Shown here piece after piece: positions 37,869-48,851 of a stretch of 64,000 nt of DNA (position 1 is the stretch's first letter; every line of letters starts with the position of its first letter). Source of the stretch: Piedraia hortae CBS 480.64 (taxonomy: Eukaryota); the NCBI GenBank assembly GCA_010093745.1, contig MU005996.1:62001-126000 (forward strand). The letters are read 5' to 3'. Below the pieces are notes generated by a model. That model worked only from the letters and a program-made list of their open reading frames with translations. It did not search any database and was not told the origin of the DNA. The translations under genes were made by a program, and so were the position numbers.

Positions 37869-38657
37869 CTAACCATCGATAACCCCCTCATCGTACCCAT
37901 CTCCACCACCATCGCCGTCTACTTCATCGCCGTCTTCCTCATAATACTTCTGCGCATTGTAATCATCGGCGGGATCTTCGTCGAGGTCATCATCCTCCCC
38001 AGGTTCGTCGTCAGAGACCTCATCCTCATTCTCGCTATCCTCACCCCCAAACTCCTCGTCATCTTCTTTCTTCCTCCTCATCCTTTTCTCCCCCCCCTCA
38101 TCGCTCTTCTCCCCCTCCGACGCGTCACCTTCCTCCTCATCCTCAAAAGCAGACTCGTCGGCTTTACGAGCAACCCTCCGCGGAGCGACGGTAATCTTCT
38201 CACCCGAGTACCCAATTGTACTCCAGAGCTCGCGGGGGAAACACTGTGGCATGCAGAACTTGATGCGCGCAATGTCTGGCTGGGGGCGGCGCTCCTTCTC
38301 TTCTTCGCCATAGACGTTGGAGCGTACAGCGTGTCCGGCGAACGCATTGAAGGAGGCAGTGTCATTCGTCTCCCTAGTGCGTTTCTTCCCGAACGGATTC
38401 CCATGGTAGGGAATGTAGGGACCAGTCCATAACGGGCCCTCTCGACGCTTTTTGAGAAACTTTCTCCATATTTCGCACTTTTCGAGGTCGAGGGCTGTGA
38501 GCTTCTTGGGGCGAGGTACGCCACCGGGATAGGGAGGGTACAAAACTATAGCCTCGCCGGACTTGTGCTGGTTGGTGATGGTTTCGAGTGCGGCATCGAT
38601 GTCTTTGTCGGTTTCTAAGTGGCGGGTGGCTCCTGTTTGTTGGGCCCGAGGTGGCAT
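37869..38657 (-). CDS. RPC31: RNA polymerase III subunit Rpc31-like
   Basis: LYPPY, REGPLWTG, FPRELW, acidic tail ending DDYNAQKYYEEDGD. Confidence 0.75.
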   Translation of the reverse strand: MPPRAQQTGATRHLETDKDIDAALETITNQHKSGEAIVLYPPYPGGVPRPKKLTALDLEKCEIWRKFLKKRREGPLWTGPYIPYHGNPFGKKRTRETNDTASFNAFAGHAVRSNVYGEEEKERRPQPDIARIKFCMPQCFPRELWSTIGYSGEKITVAPRRVARKADESAFEDEEEGDASEGEKSDEGGEKRMRRKKEDDEEFGGEDSENEDEVSDDEPGEDDDLDEDPADDYNAQKYYEEDGDEVDGDGGGDGYDEGVIDG

Positions 38658-38775
38658 GGTGATGGATGTTTATGGCTGGGAAGTAACTTAGAGGTTGTGG
38701 TTCAGAATTATGATGGAGGATTGACGGTGCGGCCGATATCCGCTGATTAGTAAGCATGCAGACATAACCAAATTA

Positions 38776-39036
38776 TCATAATTGTGAGTAGATGTGTACC
38801 CTGTATGCCTACAAGTCTCTACAGATGTCAGGATCTCGGTCCCGCTTCCAGTCACGTGGTCTCGGCACGGCCCGTAAACCGTTGCCTTTTGGTCTTTACG
38901 CGTTGTTCTAGTCTTCTAGGCAATATAGAGTAGCGCACATCGCTTAGCTCCGTTCCTTGTGTCCTCCGGCCTCTCGGGCCTGACATTTCTGTAGAGACTT
39001 GTATGCATACGGGTACACATCTACTCACAATTATGA
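38776..39036. mobile_element. MITE-like element with ~57-bp terminal inverted repeats
   Basis: TCATAATTGTGAGTAGATGTGTACC...CAAGTCTCTACAGA (38776-38832) is the near-perfect reverse complement of 38979-39036. A third arm is at 56305-56350. Confidence 0.75.
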
Positions 39037-39379
39037 CAAATACATGTGATTGACGTATATGGAGTAGGCCAGAACACCATGAACTCGCTTCCCTAACATG
39101 ATAGAATCGAATTGGAATCGTTAATACCATCCAACAAGGACATGATCTTAGCCTTCGCCTCCTTTTCCTTCCAGGTGGTTGCCAGATTGGCTCCAGGCCT
39201 CAGGGGCTCAGCCAACCTTAACTGTCGGCTTAATATCCTTAGTTCCTGACCACAAGGGCTCAGGCTTTACGGTCGTTCTAACAGTTGGCTTGACCCCCTT
39301 TTCCTTTCCAGCTTGTCTGGCACAGCCGACTACCTAGCCCTTTTTCTCCATGCCCACCAACGATGAACAACGCCCCATC

Positions 39380-39800
39380 TCTTCGGTTCCAGCGATTACC
39401 AATCTGTCTGACGGAAGGCGAAGCTATGGCTGCCGTAGCGGAAAAAACCCTCTCCGAGGACATGCTTATGGCTTGTACGGCGAGGAAGTCCCTGGCGATC
39501 GTCGTGGGAAATTATGTTGCCCCACCGTCTTCCACCACGTCAACGCTTCCATTTCTCTGGGCACTGGGGGAAAAGCCTTATGCCGGTCATCGAAGGAACT
39601 TCCTTTCTCCGACTGCACACCCGAGATGGAGGCCGACATTTCGTCCTGAGTAGCATAAATATCAAACTGCTCCTCTGCCGGATTGCCCACCGAGATAGCT
39701 CTTGCCGCATACTGCTTTCGGTGCCACCTCTGCGATCCCAGACCAGAGCACGTCGCCGGTTTTCTGCTGATTTTCTCCCGGTGCTGGTCAAGCTTGGACT
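39380..39800 (-). pseudogene. hAT transposase C-terminal dimerisation-domain remnant
   Basis: EALTWWK...FP, then (frameshifted) TIARDFLAVQAISMSSERVFS. Confidence 0.75.
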
Positions 39801-39999
39801 TCATCGCTTGGAAGATGTGAGATTAGTGCACCTACTGAGGCTGACGTCGAGCATCCGCCAAGTTGCTTCGAAAACCCACCGCAGCGCGATGGATGATGTT
39901 GAGGAGAGCAACGTGTGCTGCTCTAAAGTCACTTTTTGAATGGGGGCCGAGGCGTCGAAGTAGGCTCATAGCTGGTCCCAAACCAAGTTCCTGGCCTGT

Positions 40000-40200
40000 G
40001 GTTGAAACCCCGTTACATGTTTTCACCCAACTGCGAAGACACATCAATGCTTCGTCCGATACTTCGCTGCGCACCTCAGTGATCAGGTTTCCGGCCTCAG
40101 AAAAGATCCTTTTGCATGGTGCTGCCAATGCAGGGCTTCTCTGGCTAGCTCCGAGAGGATGGGAAGAGGAAGCTCTGCGAATGGAGGAAATCCTTCGTTG
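40000..40200 (-). pseudogene. Second hAT dimerisation-domain remnant
   Basis: AAPCKRIFSEAGNLITEVRSEVSDEALMCLRSW matches the 'ERxFSxAGxxITxxR...EALMCLRSW' signature. Confidence 0.75.
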
Positions 40201-40785
40201 GCTTTTGGATGGGCCTTGGCGCGAATGCCTGAGGTGGAGTCTCTCTTGGAGGTGAGAAGGGAGCGGTCTACGTGACCAGTCTTCTGGAAATGGAAATGTT
40301 CTCATCTCCGAAGTCTATCATGCTACATACCTACTCCATGTAGAGGAGGGATGTTAGGCTCAACCCAATCGCTGGACTGGATATGGTGCATAGCCATTCC
40401 CTAATGCTTGGCTGCGCATCAGCAGGCATTTCTCCAGTGCCAGTGCAGGTACGTAGAACGTTAGTTCACCGTCCCGCGAGGAGGCATAGGTAAGGTGAAG
40501 CAGGGTTCGGGGGCATGCTCTGCGCTCCGCCGAGGTCCCAGGCACCAGGGGTGGAAGTCGGCTATCTAGCCCCTCTGTGAGCATTGCATTCGCCATGGTT
40601 TACGTGCTGTGGAAAACATTCGCCGCACGTCAAAGGAGCAATACGTTGAGTCAACACCAAAGTGCACACCAATCACTTCACACGGGCATCTTCCCATTCT
40701 TCCATACTCAAATCACAATAGCCACAATAACTCCTTCCCGCTCAGGTACATCAATATGAAAAAACCTAAGTATGCAAAAAAACGC

Positions 40786-43700
40786 TCAAGACTCAATTTC
40801 CCCATTGGGTTTCTCTTCCACAACACCCTCCTTGGACGCGTCAGCAGCTGCATCAACGACTACACTCGCACTCGACATCATCTTCCCCTCCGGAACTGTA
40901 GTAGGCGAGATCATCCCGGGAGAGATCAACCCCGGCGAGAGCAATCCCGTCGGCGACATCGGTCCCTCAATTTCATTATCATTCCTTGAACCCCTAGGGC
41001 GTCTTCTCGCTCTACGTGCCGCTCGTTCCTCAACAGCTCCTTCTCTCCTTCTCGCCGCGCGCAGCGCATCTCCCTCTTGGCCTTCACGGAGGCCTTGCAG
41101 GAGGGATGCTGCGCGATCTGCGATATCTTCTCCTTCACTTACTCCGCCTGCGTTGGACTCTCCGGGGGTGAGATGATTGCTAATGTTGTTGTTATTGTCG
41201 AGAGACATGTTTTCGCCCGTTTCGGGGATTTTTTGACCGGATGCTACGCGGACTTGGTGGCGATCTTTTAACCTTGCGCGACGACGCTGTTCGCGCGTGG
41301 CTTTTTGGAGGGGAGCTTGGTCACGGAGTTTCTTCATCAGGTCGTCTACGTCTCCGGGAACGGCGGCCCGTTGGGGGGACTCGCCTGTGGCGAGGGAGAT
41401 GCTGTTGTGGTGGGCGGCAATGGCTTGTTTTCGACGCATGTTGGCTTCGTTGCGGCGCCAGGTTTCTTCTCTTTCGAGGTTCTTCTCGTGGGATTTCTAG
41501 GGGGTATTAGTTGGGTGAGATTAAAGAGGCTATGGTAAGACTTACTTTGTATTCGGCCAAGAATGCGGCTAGCTTTCCAAAGAACTCGCGGCGGGCGTTT
41601 TCGTCCTTAGGATCATCACCAAAGAAGAGCAAGATTGCGTCGTAGCAGCGCAGCATTTCATCTAGGAAGAGCTGCATTTGCTCTGCCTTTCGCCGTGCTT
41701 CCTTCATTGACTGTTGCACGACGATAGTGACTCTATCTTCTGGATGGAAGCGATCTGGATCGCTGAGATTACCCGAGTCGAGAGACATTTGCACGTTTTT
41801 GATGGTGTCAATATATCTCTTTGCATCGTTCTGCACTTGTTCAATGTTGATCTTCTGTGCGTCCTTAACGCCGGCGATGTCTTCTGCAAAGCCTTCCCAC
41901 TCGGGATACTGCAGACGGACAACGCGCTCGACATAATCCATTAGCGTGAGTTCATTGTGCGTGTCCTTGACCATGCCAAGACGCGCTAGCGAAGATAACT
42001 TGAACCCCTTGGCCTGCTTGTTCGGGTCGTTCATGTAATTGCCAATATCCAAGATCAGGCCCAGTACGGGCATCAGCCGTGCAGAGTCACGGAGACTTTC
42101 AGAGACGTCCATGATCTGCTTCAACCGACCATGGATCTCATCGTACTCTGCTTCGTACGTTCTCGTCATTGTCAACGCCCTGATGCGCGCCTTCCAGTAA
42201 TGTTGCAGCTCATACGGCAGATAGAGGTAAATTTGGTCCTCGCGCGTAAGTTCAGTTGGGTCCTGCTCCCGCTCCGTCTTGAGCGCGCCGGGCCCAGTCC
42301 AGTCTTTGGAGTATGGTGCCAGACCCTTGGCAACGTTGTCCTGCACCACGCAAAACGTATCAGTAGCCAAAAACTGCATGATTGTCTCCTCATCAATGAC
42401 CTTGCTGTCACAGTGAATGACCATCCGCACCAAATCCTCGACCGAAAACTCTTTGAGCTTGGCCAGATTAATCTGCATCTTGTGCATTAAGTCTTTGCTT
42501 ATCACCTGCTTCTTGGCAGCCTTGTCACCTGAAGTCTTTCCAATTACTTTAATCTCCTTGACTGTGAATAGTTTCTCAATCTCGTCGAGGATGCCCTTTT
42601 TAGAAAGCTCCTGATACTTCTCTTCTTTAGCTTCTTGCGTGGGAGTGTGTGATGCCCATAGAGTGTCGTCTGCCAGGTCCACCTTCTCCCAGTGTAACGC
42701 TTTGAGCTTTTTCTTCGGTCGTGGAGCAATGGCATTGTATGCCACTTCTTTGCTAAACCCTGGCCGGGGCAGGAAACCGCCCTGTGGTTGTCCAGGTAAT
42801 GGAGGCGGTGGGGGAGCGGCTGTTCCAAAAACTGGGGGAGGTGGTGGTGGTGGTGGTGGTGGAGGGGCCCCGGAGAAGCCGGGCATAGGGGGAGGGGGTG
42901 GTGGTGGAGCACCTGAGAACCCAGGCATTGGAGGGGGTGGAGGGGGTGGTCCGCCTGTGAAACCAGGCATAGGAGGTGGAGGAGGAGGCGGAGGGCCGTC
43001 AAATCCAGCTTTATTCGGAGTCTGTGGACTTTGACTCTCCAAACTGGGTTGTGCTGGGCCAGTGGTGACCCCCTCATTCTCATCATCGCTGCCTTCTGCC
43101 TTGTTAACCCGCTGGGTGAGCTCAGACAGCATGTTCGACTGCTTGGCAGCCAAGTCAGCCGACGGCTTCGGCGTGTCTTCGCCATCGAGTCGGGAAGCAA
43201 CTGGCTTGCGGTGTATGCCTGGCTTGGTTCTTGGTGCCATAGTTCCCAGATACTGCATCTGGGCATCCATGGTCTCATATTCGAGTCCGGCCCCTTCCAT
43301 CTTCTCCCGCAATTCTCTCAACTTGTCAGATGGAGCAACGAGTTGCCATGTCTTGCCTTCGAGCTTTGCCTGAGTCTTTGCCCGTTCCAGTTGCATCTCC
43401 AGCCGATCCATCAGCTTCTCTCGGTCCAAGATACCTTGCAACTGGGCGGGGTTCATGAGCTTATCATTGGACCCATCCTTTTGTGCACTCGCAGCAGCGA
43501 TCTGCTGAGCATCCCGTAGCATTAGGTACAATTCTCTAGTTTCCAATTCATTTCGCTGTAGTTCCTGCGCTCGTCTGGTAACCAAATCTGCAATTTCAGC
43601 CTTCATACCCTCAGCCTGGCGAGTTTGGAGGTCGATGATAGAACTCTGTTCTTCGATTTGCTTCTGCAGCTTCTTGACCAAACCCTCGGCTCCGAGCTCA

Positions 43701-45601
43701 ACCTGCGCCCTCATCTGGTCTCTCTCGGCTAAGGCAGCATCTGCAACCAAGCGGGCCTGATGTGCCTCTTCCCGAGCTTGTCGTGCTTCTGAGTCGGTAT
43801 ACAGGTTATCCATCAGGTTCTGAACCGAGAACCCAAGGGCTTGCTTGAGGTCCCAGTCTGGCATTCTCCTGTCAATGGCTACATACGACAGCAGCGAGTC
43901 CACGAGCTGGAACATCCTCAGCCGCTCATCGCCTTCATGGTTCCGCATGAGCAGGAGATGCTGCAGAGCAGAAAGGAAGTAGTCTCCTTCTCTGGAGTCT
44001 TGAACTTTTTGCTGGATTGCCTCGACTATTTGCACTGGATCGTTCATATCCTTGACCTCGCTCTCGGCATCCACCATGGCTCCGGCCTCCCGTTCCAGCA
44101 GATCCTCATAGTCGATGGCCTCATTGGTGTGGTATCGTTCGATCTGCTTGCTGATAACGTCGTACTGGAAACCCTCCATCTTTTGCATGATTCGCTTGAC
44201 GCCGCACGTTACGAACTGGGCGCGGATGTGGCATCTTAGCTGCAGGTCGTGCTCTGGTGCGTCGACTATGCTGTTGATCAGTAGCAAGGAGGTGACGGCG
44301 TACTCCATCAGGAGGTTCTCCATGCCAATGCCTCCGGAACGCACTTCATCAGATGCACCGACAAGTGAGCCCATTTTGCCGCGGCCGTCAATGGTGACTT
44401 CGACCATCCGCATCCAGGCATCAAACCTGCCATGTTCGCCTTGTTGTGCTTTCAGATGATCCAAGGCTTGGAGAACGCGAACATGGCCCTGGCCTTCTGC
44501 CCAATGACACAGAAAAGTGAGCAGTTCAGACACCAACTTCCTAGTATTCAGTCGCGGACTGGTGAGGGATGCACAAAGAGAGACGATGATGGTTTCATGC
44601 TGTAGAGCATTATCCGCGCCATATTTGTTGTTCATGAGCGATTTCAGACACTTTATTATCTCATATTCCTTATCCAGATCGCGCTCACTGGTGGCCCCCT
44701 CAGCTGGTGCCGGACCCATCTGTTGACGTTTGTTAATTCTTGCCAAGCTATTGGTCAGGGCCACCTGGCCTTGGGCCTCTACAAAGTCGCGAACCCAGGC
44801 AATTGGCTGCGTGCGTAGGCTGACGGCCAGCGACTGGAACTGCTTTAGGGAGATGGAATTGTCCAGGATGCGCTTGACAAACCACTCTGGGCTGCCCTCT
44901 TCATCAGCTCGTCCCAGACCGCCGGGATAGTAGGAGAAGCCATCGCCGCCAGGAGTGGTTCCCCTCGCATTCTGCCGCCGTTTGAGCTCTCCCTGCATTT
45001 CCGCAAGTCGATCTTGATGCACCAGCGTCCATTTTTTGCTCACTGGATATGCCTCCATCTGCCGCCGGGCCTGCTCCGGCAGCGATTTCCAGCCGCGCTT
45101 CAGCATGAGTTCGTGGAATTGCCGTTCGATCTCGCGGTCGTCGTTGGGTCGGTTGAGAGAATCGGAATTGAAAGAGGTGGTGCTCGCAAAGGCCGGCTGA
45201 TGGTTGCCGACGGTGAGACGGTCTGATTTGGACGCGTAGCTGGCGTTATGACGCCACCGCTGGTCATAGGAGGAGCCACTGCGAACGCTGTCGTGGTCGC
45301 TACTCTTGCGCGCAAGGCCCGAGGCCGAAGCCGGTTGCTGCTCTTTGTTCGCATGCTGTTCACGGCGTTGACTTTCAGCATCCATCCGCACTGGCAGCCG
45401 CTCCGCCGGCATTGCATCGTACGGGAAACCGCCATCTCCAAGGTGTGGGTCAATCGTCGAGATGCTGGACCGGTGTGAGTGCAGGCTGGGCGCATAGCTG
45501 CCGTGCGGCAGCACCGCTGGCCCCTCTCCCTTTTCCTTTTTGCGCGAGAAAAACGACTTGCTTCCACTAGAATTCCGCGGATGTCGGTCACTGGAAAACA
45601 T
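40786..45601 (-). CDS. sepA: Diaphanous-related formin (SepA/Bni1-type); intron 41497-41545
   Basis: GBD/FH3 (KKWTLVHQDRL, LRTQPIAW, GRGKMGSLVGAS), poly-Pro FH1 repeats, FH2 (PKKKLKALHWEK, ILDIGNYMND, GFKLSSL), DAD-like DDLMKKLR. Confidence 0.96.
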
Positions 45602-45721
45602 GTTGGGCTACACACGAGCACACCCGCATCGTCAAGAACGCCCGTCGAGCTGCGCATGGCTGTCAGGGTGGTGGCGCGGGAGCATCCGTAGCTGCGGCTC
45701 GGCCCGGCGTGTCACGGCCCG

Positions 45722-46729
45722 TCATACGCTGTATGACGTAATGTAGTACGTCAACACCGACTCGCCCTCGTCGAGAAAGACGTACAGGATGAGGGCATGT
45801 TCGTGGCAGAAGCAGGCAATCACACGCCCACCTAGCCTGCCCACGCTCAATACGCGGCCCCAGTCCTTGCCTTCTACCCTTACCGTGGCCCAGCCCTGAT
45901 CGCTTTGTCCTGTTGCATCGCCCAACGCCTTCATTCTCGTACTGGGATGATCTGCCAGACTGCCCTGTCCACCCTCAATCACTGTTGCATCGAGCTCTGG
46001 ATTTTCTAGCCCCGTCCAGAGCGAGCTGATCTTCATACTGTCGGTTTTGAGGGACAGTCGTAGACAGCCGTGCATGTTGGCGCTCAACTCCAGCTTTGGC
46101 CCGGCTAAGCTGTTACCAGCGAAGCCGCTGCGGCCGGCTTTTTTGGAAGATACTGCCAGCTTTGTAAACCTCTCACTGATGGATTTCAGTTGCATAGGGT
46201 TTGGCAGCACAATATGTACTTCAGAATCTCTGCATCTGGGCTGGTGCAAATTCTCCACTGTTTCTGGTGCAAGAACGCGGACAGGAATGTCCTGAGTGAT
46301 GACTATTTCCCGCTCATGTCTGGCCTCATCTTCCACATCCTGTGAACCGTCTTGAATATCTGTTGCACCAGCCAAGGAGCCTGTAGCCGACGAAGTAATT
46401 GTCACTGATAGAACCGGAATGCCACCCTTCTTTGTCAGTCGGATGTTTGCTGCCAGTGCATTGTGTGCGCTTTTCAAAGCTCTTTGCAGCGGGCCCATGG
46501 GCACTTCCAGGTTGATCATGTTGTTTGTTGCCGCACTTGATATGATATAGGTATCAAAAATTACATCTGGTGCCAAGACTGACCACACCTGGCTGCCCAT
46601 TTCCGGTATAACTGTGAATCGGACGTCTGTACTGTCAAACCTGACCCAGGCGATGTGACCGAGGGTGGCTAGGGAAGCGGTGAACCGTGTAAATGTATGA
46701 ACGTTTCTGATTTCTGCTCGAAAGCGCAT
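45722..46729 (-). CDS. HUS1: 9-1-1 checkpoint clamp subunit Hus1/Mec3
   Basis: MRFRAEI, GSQVWSVL, INLEVP, IRLTKK, ITQDIPVRVL, LSANMHG, ACFCHEHALILYV, LTYYI. Confidence 0.9.
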   Translation of the reverse strand: MRFRAEIRNVHTFTRFTASLATLGHIAWVRFDSTDVRFTVIPEMGSQVWSVLAPDVIFDTYIISSAATNNMINLEVPMGPLQRALKSAHNALAANIRLTKKGGIPVLSVTITSSATGSLAGATDIQDGSQDVEDEARHEREIVITQDIPVRVLAPETVENLHQPRCRDSEVHIVLPNPMQLKSISERFTKLAVSSKKAGRSGFAGNSLAGPKLELSANMHGCLRLSLKTDSMKISSLWTGLENPELDATVIEGGQGSLADHPSTRMKALGDATGQSDQGWATVRVEGKDWGRVLSVGRLGGRVIACFCHEHALILYVFLDEGESVLTYYITSYSV

Positions 46730-46865
46730 TTTGCATATGTACGCTACCTAGACTGACAATCAGCTGTACGGGTGTTTGGTGATGCCGCGGAACCATTCCG
46801 CCGCGTCGTTGGCACACACAAAATCGAATCAACCTCCACTCTCTCCGTCAACTCCTTTAGACAAA

Positions 46866-48755
46866 ATGGCTAGCGGAGTCAAACGGAGGTCGACTCGACT
46901 GAGTAGGTCCAGGTCGATCTATGTCGATCCGGACACAGACGATGATTTTGAAGTAAGCGAAGAAGAGCCGCAGCAACGTAAACCTAAAAGGCGCAAAGCG
47001 GCGGGTAAAGACGTGAAGAAAGGAAGCAGTAAGAGTGCGCGAAAGCCGTGGCCCATCAGTGCAGGGCAGAAATCGAGCTGCCCCAACGATAGCGTATTCA
47101 CAGGCCCCAGTGAGGGCGTCGTCCCCGACTGGGCTTCGTTGCCCTTCTTCCCTCTGCGAGACATTTTTACGTATGCGTCGTTCCCGCCGCACGACCACGA
47201 AGCGGCCAATGAAAATGCGGCCTGGTTAGTCGGGACGTCCCGCGTCTGCAAATCATTTACTTTGCCAGCACTGGAAGCTTTGTATCGTGCGCCGCCAGTC
47301 CGCACCAGCCTCGATCCTCACAGTCTACTGGCTCTTGTGAGCCGCCCCAAGGAACAATTGCTTCTCGATTACTCGATCAAGGTTCAACGACTGACGATAA
47401 ATGTGAGGCGACTGGCTTATACAGCACACAACAAGTCGTTATTCGACCTTGGCACGCTCGTTGCCAAGCTTCCACAATTACAGCATTTGGAAATCCTGCA
47501 TCCAGAAAATGAGCCACCGTTTAGGGCCGTCGCGGTCCAGTCATGGCGTTACCCGCCTTCCTTGTTTCACGCACTCGAAGAGCATCGTCTGAAAACGTTT
47601 CGATGGAACAGAAATATGATTTCCGATGCTTCCCAAGTTTACGAGTTTATAAATCTTCATCATTCAAGCAGGCCGTTCCAGACGCTCCAGCGTTTGACAT
47701 TCTGCGGTTTTGCCGACGAATCTGATAACATGACCGACGATCTTGCTACGGCCATTGCTCCATTAAGCAATCTCCAAGATGTAACGTTCATCTCCTGCGA
47801 AGCCATTAATGGCAATCTTCTTCTCCGCCTGCCACCGACGCTTGAAAGGCTCGAAATTACAAACTGCATGGAACTTACTAGTAGCATGTTCCGCACGTTT
47901 CTCGAGTCTCACGGGTCGCAACTTCGTGCGCTGGTGCTTAACCACAATGCTGCGCTGAACCTGGAGTTCCTTCCAGTCTTGAAGGCCAGCAGTCCAAGGC
48001 TCGAGGTGCTGAAGATGGACCTCCGCTATTATAGCGAGCGGCTCAACAGCAACGATGCAGAGCCATTCTACGAAGAACTGTTGGGGGCAGATGCAATCCC
48101 CACGTGGCCGTCAACGCTGCAGCATCTCGAGCTCGTTCACTTACAGCGTTTCCCCGCCCAAGCAGCACAGAATCTGTTTTACTCTCTAGTTGAGGCAGCA
48201 TCAAACCTCCCAAATTTTCGATATCTCGTAATCCAGGCTCACATCAACATCCCATGGCGGGATCGGGCCGGCTTCCGCGATCAGTGGATTGAGCGACTTC
48301 AGCGGATATATCTGCGCCAATCGGAGCCACCAAACCCGTACAATGCTTCGAAGAAGCTGATGAGGATGTATGATGAAGCTCAAGCTGCGGGTCAGACACT
48401 TCCTACAAGCACTATCAATGCAGAGCCTGACCAGCCTGACCAGCCGAAGGAAGACGTAGAGGTTGTAGAGGTCGTACAACCCAAACGCCGCTCTCGGCGT
48501 GTTGCAAAGAGCATGAGGGCGCGATCTACATCGCAGAGCCAAGGGATCGCCACGCCGCAGGAGGCACAATCGCCCAGCGAATGGTCGCTGGACGAAGTGC
48601 AGGGCATGTGTGAGACGGTGGACATTCGCATCGATAACCAGCGTCCACGCGAGACGCAGTTTACCGAGGGCGACTTCCTCGACAGTGAGGTTAGTGGCGA
48701 CGAGGACTGGCGTGAGGGCAATGATGTCAGTGAAGATGAGCAGTATGCGTGGTAA
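46866..48755 (+). CDS. Conserved fungal protein with F-box-like motif and LRR/RNI-like repeats
   Basis: PDWASLPFFPLRDIF...SRVCKSF..PALEALYR; LxxLxL repeats; C-terminal VDIRIDNQRPRETQFTEGDFLDSE.SGDEDW. Confidence 0.7.
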   Translation: MASGVKRRSTRLSRSRSIYVDPDTDDDFEVSEEEPQQRKPKRRKAAGKDVKKGSSKSARKPWPISAGQKSSCPNDSVFTGPSEGVVPDWASLPFFPLRDIFTYASFPPHDHEAANENAAWLVGTSRVCKSFTLPALEALYRAPPVRTSLDPHSLLALVSRPKEQLLLDYSIKVQRLTINVRRLAYTAHNKSLFDLGTLVAKLPQLQHLEILHPENEPPFRAVAVQSWRYPPSLFHALEEHRLKTFRWNRNMISDASQVYEFINLHHSSRPFQTLQRLTFCGFADESDNMTDDLATAIAPLSNLQDVTFISCEAINGNLLLRLPPTLERLEITNCMELTSSMFRTFLESHGSQLRALVLNHNAALNLEFLPVLKASSPRLEVLKMDLRYYSERLNSNDAEPFYEELLGADAIPTWPSTLQHLELVHLQRFPAQAAQNLFYSLVEAASNLPNFRYLVIQAHINIPWRDRAGFRDQWIERLQRIYLRQSEPPNPYNASKKLMRMYDEAQAAGQTLPTSTINAEPDQPDQPKEDVEVVEVVQPKRRSRRVAKSMRARSTSQSQGIATPQEAQSPSEWSLDEVQGMCETVDIRIDNQRPRETQFTEGDFLDSEVSGDEDWREGNDVSEDEQYAW

Positions 48756-48851
48756 TGAATTGCTGTAATGACATGTACGATATACAAACTAAAACCTAAT
48801 CCGTCTATTCTGACAGCTTCTTACGCACTAGAGGTCTAGTTTACCAACCTC

